From NCBI GenBank assembly GCA_008369845.1, contig MRSU01004923.1:1-53764 (forward strand): 53,764 nucleotides of DNA, read 5' to 3'. Below are positions 12,227 to 23,854 of this stretch, in pieces. This DNA comes from Trichomonas gallinae (Eukaryota). The translations under genes were made by a program, and so were the position numbers. The notes below the pieces were generated by a model. That model worked only from the letters and a program-made list of their open reading frames with translations. It ran no database searches and was not told the origin of the DNA. The first letter of the stretch is position 1, and every line of letters starts with the position of its first letter.

Positions 12227-13105
12227 ATGATGAGTGAAAATGCTATAGCTATTGGGGCAATTCTCGGACGCCATGGGTATGATATGATAGAATCCATTGG
12301 AAAGAAATGCTTCCCAACATGCTTCGTTGTTCATAACCAGCGCTATAATGATAAATTTGCTTGTAAAGTCGTCTACAAGAAAGCTAATTACGAAAGAGAG
12401 CTATATGCATTATCAATCTTGGACCATCCAAACATTGTTCGATTATATGACCATTTTGAAGCAAGCGGAATTTATTTTTTAATTCTTGAATATTGTGAAG
12501 GAGGCAATCTGGAGTCATTAATTAAGCTACATACGCGTCCAAAGCAGGAAAGAATTATCAATTACACAAAACAAATAGTATCTGCATTAAAGTACATTCA
12601 TTCTAAGCGCCTGGCTCATCATGACATTAAGCCGTCAAATATTCTTTTTGATAAGTATGGTAGAATCAAGATATGCGACTTCGGCCTCTCTTGCCATTAT
12701 AACGGCGAATCTTCGAAGTATTTTGTCGGTAGCTTTGGATATATCTCTCCTGAGCAACGAGCAAACCAAATATTCAATCCATTCGTTGCAGATATCTGGT
12801 CTTTTGGAGTAACCATTTACTTTATGACTTGCGGATTTAATCCTTTTATCCAGCAAAAGAATTCTTATAAATTCATTCTGCCAATGTACATTGATAGAGT
12901 CCTTGTACATATTATCACGGGAACATTAGCTGAAGATCCTATAGAGAGAATATCTTTGAATGATATTCAATCTATCCTAACATCAACACCAAGAATTGCA
13001 GTTCCAATGAATTCTTGGTATAACATGCCTTTCCCTAACAGTCTTCAGGCTCAGACACATACTGCAGCAATTAAACATGGAAAGAGCCTGATTCTGAGAG
13101 TTTAA
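12227..13105 (+). CDS. CAMK-group Ser/Thr protein kinase
   Basis: FACK, HPNIVRLY, LEYCEGG, HHDIKPSN, DFG, GYISPE, DIWSFG. Confidence 0.95.
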   Translation: MMSENAIAIGAILGRHGYDMIESIGKKCFPTCFVVHNQRYNDKFACKVVYKKANYERELYALSILDHPNIVRLYDHFEASGIYFLILEYCEGGNLESLIKLHTRPKQERIINYTKQIVSALKYIHSKRLAHHDIKPSNILFDKYGRIKICDFGLSCHYNGESSKYFVGSFGYISPEQRANQIFNPFVADIWSFGVTIYFMTCGFNPFIQQKNSYKFILPMYIDRVLVHIITGTLAEDPIERISLNDIQSILTSTPRIAVPMNSWYNMPFPNSLQAQTHTAAIKHGKSLILRV

Positions 13106-14185
13106 GTATTATTTAGTTGTTGCTTGTTATTGTTATATATGTTTATATATGTAAATAATCATGCGGTTGTTTGAATATCGATTTTTTTCTTTATTGACCT
13201 CTTTAAATATCATGATTATCAAACGCATATCATGAGTTTTATAATAATCTTTGTTTGATTACCATACTATCGATTTTGTGATAAAATTATTTTATCAAGC
13301 ATTTCTAATTCACCTTATATCAATGTTTTGATGATATAGATGACACAATGGTGATATACAATCAAACCTCTCGATAAAGACCATAACCTTGAAATGATTG
13401 ATTTTCTATGTACCAAAAACTTGGAAAATTACTCATAATTGGATATACATAACATTGGTAAAAGAATCACTATACATTAATCGAGAAATTTTCGAGAAAA
13501 AATGATTTTTAAATTAAAACACTTTTTTGTTAACAGAATGTCAAAAATTTTGAAGAATAATCTCATACTATTAGAGCATACTAACGTGTTTACCTATTAG
13601 ATTAGTTCAGTTCTAATCAGCTACGCTGGTAGGCGCCGATTAGCAATTTTCTAAGCAAAATATTAATGCTGGTATATTGAAGAAGAAAATAACATACGTT
13701 ACTAATGTCAAGTGCATATCGAGAAAAAGTGATTATTAATCGACTATAACGTTTAAACATTAGAAATATACGTAGACGACGATATACTACTATTATTATA
13801 ATAAAGGTGTTGAAACTTCCAAATAGCCAATCAAATTGGCCCAAACCCCATATATAGGTACAGTACCCTATGATTCTAACACCCCTTTTATATTGACGAT
13901 TTACTAGTCAAATCATGATTTTGGAATTATTCCATCTAGATATAGTTTAGAATAAAGATGTGCATACTATATTTTTGATTATTTGCGTGGTAATTTTTTT
14001 TGAAATTTCGAAATTTGAATATTTTAATCAATTTTAGCAATAATATAAATTAAAATCATGTATAAAAGATGAAAATATTTAAATCATAAATAAAATCTGT
14101 GAATTTTTGATAATGATTTTACCAAAGTCAAAAAATCGTTCTGAAATTATGAAAAATATTAAATATATCATGATCTAAATCGAGT

Positions 14186-14190
14186 TCATT
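14186..14190 (+). promoter_or_regulatory. Trichomonad initiator (Inr) element TCATT upstream of the BEACH gene
   Basis: TCAYW consensus about 20 nt before ATG 14210; similar elements at 8047, 45681, 47541 and 50801. Confidence 0.5.
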
Positions 14191-14209
14191 TAATAAAAAA
14201 TTTATTGGT

Positions 14210-17200
14210 ATGCAGAGGAAGGATAGTTCTGCTGAAAGACTATTATTACAAGTCACAGACCCAAACTTATATGACATACTATTTAGATTTTTGGTAAATA
14301 TAGCATTACCTGATGACGATGGCTCGAATTTTTACCAAATTCTATCAACCATTAAATTTCCTTTATTAGATCTCAAGACCATCAACAAAGTATCATGCGC
14401 TCCACTAACAGGGTATTCGATTTCTGAACGTTTGGCGCCAGTTAAATCATATTTCGTTTTTAATCAAGATTTATTATTGGAATTTTATAAGTATATTAAC
14501 GATGACATTGTAAAAAAACCGTCTTCAACTATCATACTCTACTATATTGTGATATCATGGAACTGTCATCCAAATTTGGAGGATTCTGAATCTTGTTTTC
14601 CTCAATTAGTCAGTATTATTTCGAAATTCAGGCAGATTATTAATTCACCACTCTACCATTACATATTTAATACAGTATGCACGAGATATATGGAAGTTTC
14701 AACGACTCCAATATCACAAGATCTGATAGAATTAATATTTCAAGAAATTAACGAATACAACTTCGAATTCGCATCAGAAATGCTAGGAAAAACAGTCTTA
14801 AATCGCGATACTGATTCATTTTTATATTTGACAAATTTATTTAATTCGTGCATTTCAGCAAATCCAGACCGTTTTGCAAACCTCGACCTCCAAATACTTG
14901 TAAGTACACTATACCAGAACATGATGGAATTCGAAGAAACTCCATTAAGTATTTTATCTACATTAGGAGCTGTTGTTAAAGACACTTATCTAATTGAGGC
15001 TATTAGGGATCTCCCTTCTCATTTGTGTCATAAGCTCAAACCTGCTCCAAATTCATTCTGTAAGCCAGAAGAATCAGAATTTATACAAATTGATATTAAA
15101 TGCATTACAAGAGAGTTTTCTTTCTCACCAGAGACAGTGGATCTGTTTCCTGATGGAATTGATGAGTTCCCACCATCAGCATATGACACAACAATTTCTT
15201 TTGATGATTTAATTTCAAATGAAGACAAAAAAGTGTTGAAAAGCATTATATTATCTTTAAGTCGTATGGATGATGTGTATTCGGATGTTTTCTTCACATC
15301 ATTTGTTCAATATGTTGATGATAATAGTTATATTTTATTTTTATATATTTTGGCGCATATTAGAAAAACTAAGATTACGGATCAAATATTTGTCAAGCTT
15401 TTTGTTGTGTTCCAACCAGGTATTACCGTATTTAATCCACCAAAAATTATTAATCACATTAATTTTTACAGAAAAACAGTGCTTTATATACTTTCAATCC
15501 ATGATCCGGTGTTAATAGGGCGATTGATCCAATTAAATGAGGAGCATCCTCTTCTACTTGCGGATATTATCGGCAGAATTAATAATAAGTTGTCTTTATA
15601 CGATTTGTCCATTCTCACTGATGATAATATCATTGGCATTCTTATTAACACATACTCAGTTCTCACTCAACTTGTTACAAAAGAAATTGAAATTCCAACT
15701 TCGAGAAAAGCTCTTGTTTCGGTTATAGTTTTCATATTTGCATTGCTTGAAAACAAAATTGCTGCAGCAAGATGCTTCTTATCTCCAATTTTTGCATCAG
15801 GATTTTTATCTAGAGTTTTAGAGCCTTCAATGCAGAAACCAATTATAAGTGCATTACATACATTCTTAACAGAATACTCTAATACTGATATTTCGCTCCT
15901 TTCACCACTTGTGGAATTTATCTGCGGAATTTTAGGCGTTTGTCGCTCATTACCAAAACATGATAGACTTTCTAGCATAGTTATTGACATTCTTAACTGT
16001 GTTAACGACTCAATTGCTCATAATACAGCAATCACAAATTGTTTTTCACCAATTTTGACTCCAGCAACATATTATCTAGTAGAAAATCCATCCAAAGAGC
16101 TACTAAATGAAGTACTTTACCTTTCAACACTTCTTGTTGATGAAACAACAAAATTTCATATCTCAAACGAAGCAGCTGCACTTTTATCAGCAGCAGCACG
16201 TGCAGCAGAGTCAGAAACAGTATCAGACACAACAATATGTGGCTTATTGACAATTATTGCAAACAGCAGAGCAGCATCACCAAAAGTCATGTTTTTAATG
16301 AAGGAATACACAATGATTAATGTCTTGATATCAGTTCTTCGCACAGAGAAGCAGTTCATAGAGATAATAGATTTACTGCAGCAGCTCTGCAAGCACTCAT
16401 TGCATAACTGCAGAGTTTGTCACAAAGGCGAACTCGATTTATTGCTTTTAGAGATCATCAAAAATCACAACAAAGAGTTCACATTCAGGAACATTAAGTA
16501 TAGCATCCAGTTATCAAAAGACAAAGTCGTAGAAGTGATTCTGCCGATGATAACAACGATTTCATCTTTTATTTCATCACCGCAAGTTGTCATGTCTTTA
16601 TTATCTGTTATTTCACCAGATTCCGACAGAGGCTTCTCTGATTTTGCTGTTTCGGCAATGAAAGAGATTGGCTCATCATTGGGACTTGTCATGCAGGCTC
16701 CCAAAGTCATTACACCTCTCGGAGATCCATCGATAAGTGTTGACATATCTGGCGTCAAATCTAATCATATCAATGGTGGCTTTACGATACAATTCTGGCT
16801 GCAAAACGACTGCCCTGCTGCATTGATGTCGACAAGATGTCCACAAATTATACAGATTAATGACTCAGAAGATATAATATTCAGATTGCATTTATCAGGA
16901 ACAAGTATTTTATGCAACATTTTTTCTTCTAACGGATTAAGCTATGCAGCTTTATCACAAACCATGCCATCATGCACATGGTTCGTTGCGACTGTTGCCG
17001 TGAATATAGCTGACAGATTTTCGACTGTTTCGTTATATATCAATGGAAAATTACTACAAACATACTCAGTCGCTTTATCTAACTTCCACGAGGGCAACAT
17101 TGGAATCAGAATCGGCGGAGTTGCTTCCAATCCAGAAGATACATCGTTCGACTGCAGAATCGGCGACGTGTGGTTCTTTGGAGAATGCCTCGACAAGAAG

Positions 17201-20200
17201 ACAATTCAAGAGATGAACATGATTGGCGCAAGAGCAAGTGATGTCGGAACATTCGCGATTTTCTCTTACCCTCCAACAGTTTTCGCATCAGGAATTACAA
17301 CGAAGCTCAACAAAGGACCAATGGAGTTACAACAGTCATTATTGGAAATGTTCACTGCAAGAGTTACAGATTTGGTTCCTTTCTTTGCTTACATGGATAC
17401 AATGCCTCCCCATTTTCCACCTCAATTAATTGATTTGATACAATGTATCATTCCTAACCTCAATGCAAACAGCGTTGATATTTTCCCACTTGTTGCCGCC
17501 CTTTTGATGAACGCACCACCAGCTAAGCTGACATATTCATTATATCAGAAGTTTTTCACGATTATTGAGAAATGCAATTCATCTGCTATAACTCGTTCTC
17601 TTATTTCGAACATTTTATTCAACCCAGAATTATGGTGCGTTTGCGAGGCTAGAGATTTATCCAGGATTGTTGCACATTGGTCGAATGCTTTGTTTTCGAC
17701 TTCCCCATCAACATTCATGAGCTGCATAACTATTTCGCAAGTTTTAGCTATAATGAGATTGTATTTCTACTACACACCAATAGAAATCGAAATTATCCGC
17801 GCAAACGGTGAAAGAAAACGTCCGGCAAATCTTGACATTGAGCAGTGCAGGACTAATCTTTCTAGATTGATTTTCTCCATGTCTGTTTTCAAGTTCACGA
17901 CGAAAGATGCTGTTTGTATCATCTCACATTGTTCGACGTGCTCAGATGTGCAGCAGGTTATCAACCTGATGTGTTTATTAACTGATATCGTTAAATCGAA
18001 CAAAGTGGACTTTCCGCCGCATGTTTCTAAGCTTGTCTATCACCAAATGAAACCAGCAAGTGAAGAAAGGTTTGTCACAGCTGTCAAATTATTATATGCA
18101 ATGAGTGTCAAAGATTTCTTCTTGATTCACATCAATTCAATAGTTTCTTTGATATCAGGAGCTTTTATCACTGAAAAACTTTACGAATCATTATTACAGA
18201 TATTCAAGACACATCATTTGATTTATCCATTAATGATATTATTGGCGAATGCTTTGGATAAATTGGATTCATTCACAGACGAACTTTCTCAAATAGAATT
18301 CACACACGAGGAGGCAACAATATTAGTTCAGAACGAGATGTGGGCTTTCTGGCTGATTTTAATGGTAGTTAATGGAACAGAAAAATGCTGGCCGATAATA
18401 AGAGACATGATTATCAAAATTTTCTTCGTCAAGCCGCAGATAACAATCATCGACGACATTTTCATTATCATCGATTTGTTTGCGAATATATCTGATTTTT
18501 GTGTTGAAGAATTCGGCAGAACTCTTTGTGAAACAATAGTTCCTTTAATTGCAAGCTTAGAAATGACGAAGCTCAACAGTTTATTCATAAGAAGATGCAT
18601 CAAGTATTTATTCTTCAGGATCAATGGTCCAAACACAACTGATGCATTGCAGTCTTTATTCGAAAGCTCACCATTTTCGTTATTTGATGTAACAAACAGT
18701 GTCTCAACATTGATAAGAGAACAAAGGCTGTTGACTGCAGTTGACATTCGCGAAGTTTTCTCGTCTAAATTCGAACTGCAAAACTACAAATTCATGCTGA
18801 GAATGGATGATGCCCCAAGTATTCAAGACAAGAATTTATTCGCTTCAACTTTGGCTTTATTACAGAACTTGCCACATTTCGATGATGAAATGAAATTCTG
18901 GACTAGATACTTAATTTCATTGAATGAGCCAATTAAAAGATCTAAAGAATTGACTGAGGAAGTCAATGAGTTTTTGCCTGGTTTCTATGAAAGCATGAAC
19001 AGACAGTTTATCATCGGCTTGCAGAATTTCAGAAATATACTAAAGCAGATAATGGAGACAGGAAAAAGTCAGTGTGTGAATTCATTCATTTCAATGAAAA
19101 CAGCTGATGTTGGTTTATCTTCTTTTGACATTGATGTTTATCTTCAGACAATCAATATAACTAACCAGATGGCGAACAGAGCGATCAGGAGGTTCTGCAG
19201 ACAGAATTCTTACACGAATACAACGTGGAAGTATTTATGCGAAATGAAGCCACCTTCAAGAAGCTTCTCGAATTGTTTGGGATTCACTCAGCCAATTCTC
19301 AAGATTCCTTCTTCGAATTCTTTTGTAAATTCCGAGCAATTAAAGATACCAAATGAAATCGAAGGTGTTGCTTTATTTAATTGTTTGCACGTAAGGGTGA
19401 AAGGCGAACAAGCTGCTGCACTACAGATTTTTCCAGACAAAATCGTTTTGACAAAAGTTGACAAAATCTTCGAAATTCAAATGAAAGATATATCATGTGT
19501 TTTAGTTAGAAACAGGCTGCACAGAACAAACAGCTTGGAAATCTTCTACCAAGAGCAGAAATCATTGTTGCTAGATTTTTCTCCTTTGCAGCTTTCGAGT
19601 GTTTTGCCAGTTTTCATGAAATTCCAAATCAGATCAGTACAAACCGTTTCGATGCAGAATTATTTCCCGCAGCTGTCTTTCACTAAAATGTGGGTCAACA
19701 GGGAGATGACGAACTTCGAGTACTTGATGAGACTCAACATATTCACAGGAAGAACTTGTCACGATTTGAGTTTATATCCTATTATGCCTTGGGTTGTTAT
19801 GGACATGAAGAGTGAAACATTAGATTTAACAAATCCGTCAATTTTCAGGAACTTTTCAAAGTCTATTGTTGACCAAAACGGATTCATGTATATGACAGCT
19901 CCTGTCAACCCATCATACGTCAAGTATTTCCTCGGCCAAATTCCACCATTTGACACAACTGACAATTCGAAGTTTTCACTTGGCAAATTCGAATCAATTG
20001 AGAAAACTATTGAAAAAATCGTCAGTGGAATGAATTCTGTTGAACTCACTCCAGAGTTTTTCTACTCTCCTGAATATTTCACAAACATAGAACTTCCAAA
20101 ATGGGCCAAGAACGCTTACGAGTTCGTTTATTACAACAGGAAGGCTTTGGAAAGCGAATATGTTTCCCAACATCTTCATGAGTGGATTGACATCATTTTC

Positions 20201-21289
20201 GGCTACAAATCTCGCGGCAAAGATGGAACAAATATTTATAATCCAGTCTTATACGAAGATGTCTGGTCATCATGGACAGAAACCAATGCAGAAACAATCC
20301 AAAACACACTGAAAACAGCCGGACACATGCCTCCAATGATTTTCCCATCGCCTCACCCTATGAGGAACAGCTCTAAAAACACATCAGCACTGACAGTTCC
20401 ATTCAACTACAGTCTGGAAAGGACAGACTTCATTGCCACATCAATAATTATCTCCAACTACGAGTTCATCTCTTATGTATCGATTTGTTCTGACGGTGAA
20501 GTCGTCAGATACAGTGTAAACATCGAAACTCCTCAGCGATCTACATTCACAAGTTTAGGCTACAAATTCCCACCAAAGAAGAAGCACTGGGCTGCATTGA
20601 GACTGCACAGAGCCCTCGCAATCGCTGATGGAGAAAAAGGCACGATAACAATATTCAGTGAGAAAGGCGTGGAAGAGATAAACGTTGGACCGTTCAATCT
20701 TCAAAGGTCAGCCAGTGATGTCAACACTTTACTTATATCATCTCATTCAGGAGACATGTATCTTTGGAAGCCAGGCTTCACTAACTTAAAGAAACTCGCA
20801 GGAAATTATTCTGATTACACGACGCAAGTCGCTGTATCCGAAGGCTATGCAATTTCTGTCGCTGGAACTAAGTCTGGAACCATTATTTGCAACACAACTA
20901 ATTCAACGTTCCTTTGGTGCACAGCGATTGGTAATATTCCACTTAAGATGATCATCACGAGACTTTGGGGATTCGTTTTGTGCCAGTGCAATCGTGAATT
21001 GGTTTTACTTTCGCTGAATGGAAACTTGCTGAAGAGATGCGACATTGATTTCACCGTCGCTGCATGGTGCACATTGGAGGAATATGGAGGAGATTATGTT
21101 GCAATCGCAGATGATAAAGGAAGAATCAGAGTTTTCGAAGTTTTCAAGCTCGAATTAGGAGACATTGTTTTCAACTGCCGCTGCCAAGTTCTCGCTATTA
21201 ACTATATCAAAGAGTCAGCAATATTCAGCATAATCACGCAGGATGGACACTGCAGATTATTGCCAAGAGATCTATGTCCAAATTTATAG
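14210..21289 (+). CDS. Beige/BEACH domain protein (ARM - ConA/LamG - PH - BEACH - WD40-like), 2359 aa
   Basis: WVNREMTNFEYLMRLNIFTGRTCHDLSLYPIMPWV, ELTPEFFY, ELPKWA, ALESEYVSQHLHEWIDIIFGYK; LamG-like FTIQFW...LYINGK. Confidence 0.95.
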   Translation: MQRKDSSAERLLLQVTDPNLYDILFRFLVNIALPDDDGSNFYQILSTIKFPLLDLKTINKVSCAPLTGYSISERLAPVKSYFVFNQDLLLEFYKYINDDIVKKPSSTIILYYIVISWNCHPNLEDSESCFPQLVSIISKFRQIINSPLYHYIFNTVCTRYMEVSTTPISQDLIELIFQEINEYNFEFASEMLGKTVLNRDTDSFLYLTNLFNSCISANPDRFANLDLQILVSTLYQNMMEFEETPLSILSTLGAVVKDTYLIEAIRDLPSHLCHKLKPAPNSFCKPEESEFIQIDIKCITREFSFSPETVDLFPDGIDEFPPSAYDTTISFDDLISNEDKKVLKSIILSLSRMDDVYSDVFFTSFVQYVDDNSYILFLYILAHIRKTKITDQIFVKLFVVFQPGITVFNPPKIINHINFYRKTVLYILSIHDPVLIGRLIQLNEEHPLLLADIIGRINNKLSLYDLSILTDDNIIGILINTYSVLTQLVTKEIEIPTSRKALVSVIVFIFALLENKIAAARCFLSPIFASGFLSRVLEPSMQKPIISALHTFLTEYSNTDISLLSPLVEFICGILGVCRSLPKHDRLSSIVIDILNCVNDSIAHNTAITNCFSPILTPATYYLVENPSKELLNEVLYLSTLLVDETTKFHISNEAAALLSAAARAAESETVSDTTICGLLTIIANSRAASPKVMFLMKEYTMINVLISVLRTEKQFIEIIDLLQQLCKHSLHNCRVCHKGELDLLLLEIIKNHNKEFTFRNIKYSIQLSKDKVVEVILPMITTISSFISSPQVVMSLLSVISPDSDRGFSDFAVSAMKEIGSSLGLVMQAPKVITPLGDPSISVDISGVKSNHINGGFTIQFWLQNDCPAALMSTRCPQIIQINDSEDIIFRLHLSGTSILCNIFSSNGLSYAALSQTMPSCTWFVATVAVNIADRFSTVSLYINGKLLQTYSVALSNFHEGNIGIRIGGVASNPEDTSFDCRIGDVWFFGECLDKKTIQEMNMIGARASDVGTFAIFSYPPTVFASGITTKLNKGPMELQQSLLEMFTARVTDLVPFFAYMDTMPPHFPPQLIDLIQCIIPNLNANSVDIFPLVAALLMNAPPAKLTYSLYQKFFTIIEKCNSSAITRSLISNILFNPELWCVCEARDLSRIVAHWSNALFSTSPSTFMSCITISQVLAIMRLYFYYTPIEIEIIRANGERKRPANLDIEQCRTNLSRLIFSMSVFKFTTKDAVCIISHCSTCSDVQQVINLMCLLTDIVKSNKVDFPPHVSKLVYHQMKPASEERFVTAVKLLYAMSVKDFFLIHINSIVSLISGAFITEKLYESLLQIFKTHHLIYPLMILLANALDKLDSFTDELSQIEFTHEEATILVQNEMWAFWLILMVVNGTEKCWPIIRDMIIKIFFVKPQITIIDDIFIIIDLFANISDFCVEEFGRTLCETIVPLIASLEMTKLNSLFIRRCIKYLFFRINGPNTTDALQSLFESSPFSLFDVTNSVSTLIREQRLLTAVDIREVFSSKFELQNYKFMLRMDDAPSIQDKNLFASTLALLQNLPHFDDEMKFWTRYLISLNEPIKRSKELTEEVNEFLPGFYESMNRQFIIGLQNFRNILKQIMETGKSQCVNSFISMKTADVGLSSFDIDVYLQTINITNQMANRAIRRFCRQNSYTNTTWKYLCEMKPPSRSFSNCLGFTQPILKIPSSNSFVNSEQLKIPNEIEGVALFNCLHVRVKGEQAAALQIFPDKIVLTKVDKIFEIQMKDISCVLVRNRLHRTNSLEIFYQEQKSLLLDFSPLQLSSVLPVFMKFQIRSVQTVSMQNYFPQLSFTKMWVNREMTNFEYLMRLNIFTGRTCHDLSLYPIMPWVVMDMKSETLDLTNPSIFRNFSKSIVDQNGFMYMTAPVNPSYVKYFLGQIPPFDTTDNSKFSLGKFESIEKTIEKIVSGMNSVELTPEFFYSPEYFTNIELPKWAKNAYEFVYYNRKALESEYVSQHLHEWIDIIFGYKSRGKDGTNIYNPVLYEDVWSSWTETNAETIQNTLKTAGHMPPMIFPSPHPMRNSSKNTSALTVPFNYSLERTDFIATSIIISNYEFISYVSICSDGEVVRYSVNIETPQRSTFTSLGYKFPPKKKHWAALRLHRALAIADGEKGTITIFSEKGVEEINVGPFNLQRSASDVNTLLISSHSGDMYLWKPGFTNLKKLAGNYSDYTTQVAVSEGYAISVAGTKSGTIICNTTNSTFLWCTAIGNIPLKMIITRLWGFVLCQCNRELVLLSLNGNLLKRCDIDFTVAAWCTLEEYGGDYVAIADDKGRIRVFEVFKLELGDIVFNCRCQVLAINYIKESAIFSIITQDGHCRLLPRDLCPNL

Positions 21290-22131
21290 AGTTTTTAGAT
21301 TTTTTGTTTATATAAAATTAGTTTTTATGTTTGATTGTAATTGACATATACATATTTCATTATCAGATTTATAGTATTGTGATAATGTGAAATTTTCGAT
21401 ACATGTTCGAATGCGATCATTCTGAAACCGATTCTGTCATTGATTTTGGAGATTATTATACTACTTTGTATGGTTCTCATGAACATGAATGTACTAAAGA
21501 ACCAACAAGACTCTGAATGGCACGATTTCACAATTACAATAAACGCGAAGTATATGTCCAATACATTGCATCAAATAGAGTTCAGTGCTATTCAAGACTC
21601 GGAAGATTATAGATCTAATATTATTAATCATCGTTTTATGGTTTCAAATAATCTAAATTGTATAAGTCAAAATACATGCGATCCTAATTACAATAACAAT
21701 CATAGACTCATTGGTGGCTCTCTTATGCCATCACTTTTAATGGGAGGCTTAAGTTCTTATTTTGGATAAAATAATCATAATAAATTGTCTATATTAAAGA
21801 ATGTATAGATATTATTTTATCTCTCTAATAGTTTCTTAACATTTCTAATTTCTATAATAGTAATGATATATTTAGTTCTTGCAAAATTAAAAAATAAATA
21901 TAGATTTGGACTAAATAAATACATATGGTATGATTTAAAGTATTTTTAAACTATTTCGTAGATATATGTTTGACTTAAATAAGCATCTAATTTAATAAAA
22001 TAAAAATCAAATGAAATCATTGCCAAATATTGTCAAGATTGGTTTATAATGTCGATATTTTTACCACAGAACCGTTTATTGCATTCATTTTTTATTTGTT
22101 TCCCAGATAAATTTGCCTTCTAAAATAAAAC

Positions 22132-23505
22132 ATGGAAGAATTCAAAATAGAAGATAATACTATAAGAAATAGAGTAAATATATATCAAAAACAAGAAGAT
22201 GAGTGCGAAATTCAAGAAAATATTTTTCCGATTCCAGATTCACAGACAAATGAAGAAATTCAGCGATTATTTTCATTAATATACGCAAAATCATTTGAAA
22301 ACATCCCAATTTTAGCAAAAATATGCTCAAAATTTCCTTTTCACATTATTACTGATTTTATTCCAGTTCAACTCATTTCCAAGATTGGAGAAGCACTTTT
22401 AAAGCATGAAATAGACGATCAAATTATTCCAGACTCAATATTTCTTTTTGCATTGGCTTCAAAACCACGACAAATTTCTTGCAACTATATTTTAACGACA
22501 GAACTGATTAACCTGATCATTTCCATCATATCTGTTAATCCTGCCTTGATTAAATACGGCTTAATTGCAATAACTAACATTTACAGAACAGATACAAGGC
22601 AATTTCACGCAATAATTTTAAATTCGAATTTGTTTAATTTTTTGTTTTCATTGGACGAAAAAATTGTCACGAGACCGATTGTTAGAATATGTGTTGACTT
22701 ATTCTCGGCGTCTGTAGAGATTAACAGGCCCGATATTGTACCAAATGCAGTGCAGCTCGCAATAAGAATACTTAATTCAGGATTTCCTGAGATTTTAAGT
22801 CATTTTTTAATTGTTTTAGGAAAACATTTTTCTGTTCGAAGTTTCACGAGCAATTTCATAGAAACGGATTTAATTAATGTACTGTTAAGTGTTATTGATA
22901 ATCACATTAGCAAAAATGAAAAGGAAAAAGTAGATGAACTGATGATTTCTGCAGCTTTGCTTCCTTTATGCGCAATTTATGACATCGATGACATTAATTT
23001 TGTTGTTACTTTGATAAGGAAAGGAATTGTCGACATATTGAACAAATTCATTGTCATTGATTATCCCGTTTTGCAGAACATCGCAATAAGTTTACTCGAT
23101 AAGTCGATAATGGCTGAGCAGCCGATTTTGGACCATATCGTGACTCAAGACATTATTAACATTATATGCGAAGATTCGCAAAAAGGAGCGTTTGAGGCAA
23201 GGAAGTCTTTGGTTGTCTTCATTTGCAACATCATAGCTTCTATACACACAAAAGAGTTGATTGATCCAATATGGAGAATTGTTGTTTCTCCGTTGTTTAT
23301 GTATTTGGAGGCTGATGATGTCGAAACAATCATTCCAATATGCAATGCTTTATCAATGATTTTGCAATCTGTTCCAGAAAGCATTGATCTTTTCCATCAA
23401 TGCGAAGCAATAGATATCTTATCATCTCTTTTAGACACACTAGAAAACCAACCTCAAATAGAAGCATGCACAGCACTGCTTCAATTTTTAGAACCAGAAA
23501 ATTAA
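22132..23505 (+). CDS. ARM/HEAT-like alpha-solenoid protein, 457 aa
   Basis: Helical repeats (ALIKYGLIAITNI, FEARKSLVVFICNII); N-terminus MEEFKIED. Confidence 0.7.
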   Translation: MEEFKIEDNTIRNRVNIYQKQEDECEIQENIFPIPDSQTNEEIQRLFSLIYAKSFENIPILAKICSKFPFHIITDFIPVQLISKIGEALLKHEIDDQIIPDSIFLFALASKPRQISCNYILTTELINLIISIISVNPALIKYGLIAITNIYRTDTRQFHAIILNSNLFNFLFSLDEKIVTRPIVRICVDLFSASVEINRPDIVPNAVQLAIRILNSGFPEILSHFLIVLGKHFSVRSFTSNFIETDLINVLLSVIDNHISKNEKEKVDELMISAALLPLCAIYDIDDINFVVTLIRKGIVDILNKFIVIDYPVLQNIAISLLDKSIMAEQPILDHIVTQDIINIICEDSQKGAFEARKSLVVFICNIIASIHTKELIDPIWRIVVSPLFMYLEADDVETIIPICNALSMILQSVPESIDLFHQCEAIDILSSLLDTLENQPQIEACTALLQFLEPEN

Positions 23506-23854
23506 TTTTTTGTTATGATTAAAAAACTATTTTACCATGATAAAATCAATAATAAATTGTGAAATGTTATCATTGATATTATTATCTTATAGCTCAATTT
23601 AATCATCGTTAATAAAACAGCCAGGAATAAATATTCGATCGAAGAAAGAGTAAATATGAAATAGTGATGAAATCAAAACAACAGTATCTTTATAAACTCA
23701 TAAGATGATAAATATATTTGCGACATCCTATATTAAAAACATCAACTTTATGACAATTGATGGTGTTCAGATTAAAAAAAAATCATAATCAATGGAATAA
23801 AATGATAGAAAAAAGATTGATTATGTTTTGCTAATAAGTAATATTAAAAAACAT

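Noticed and set aside
21440..21769. 109-aa ORF after the BEACH gene
   Set aside because: TTG start, AT-rich, no recognisable motif; may be a gene relic but is unsupported
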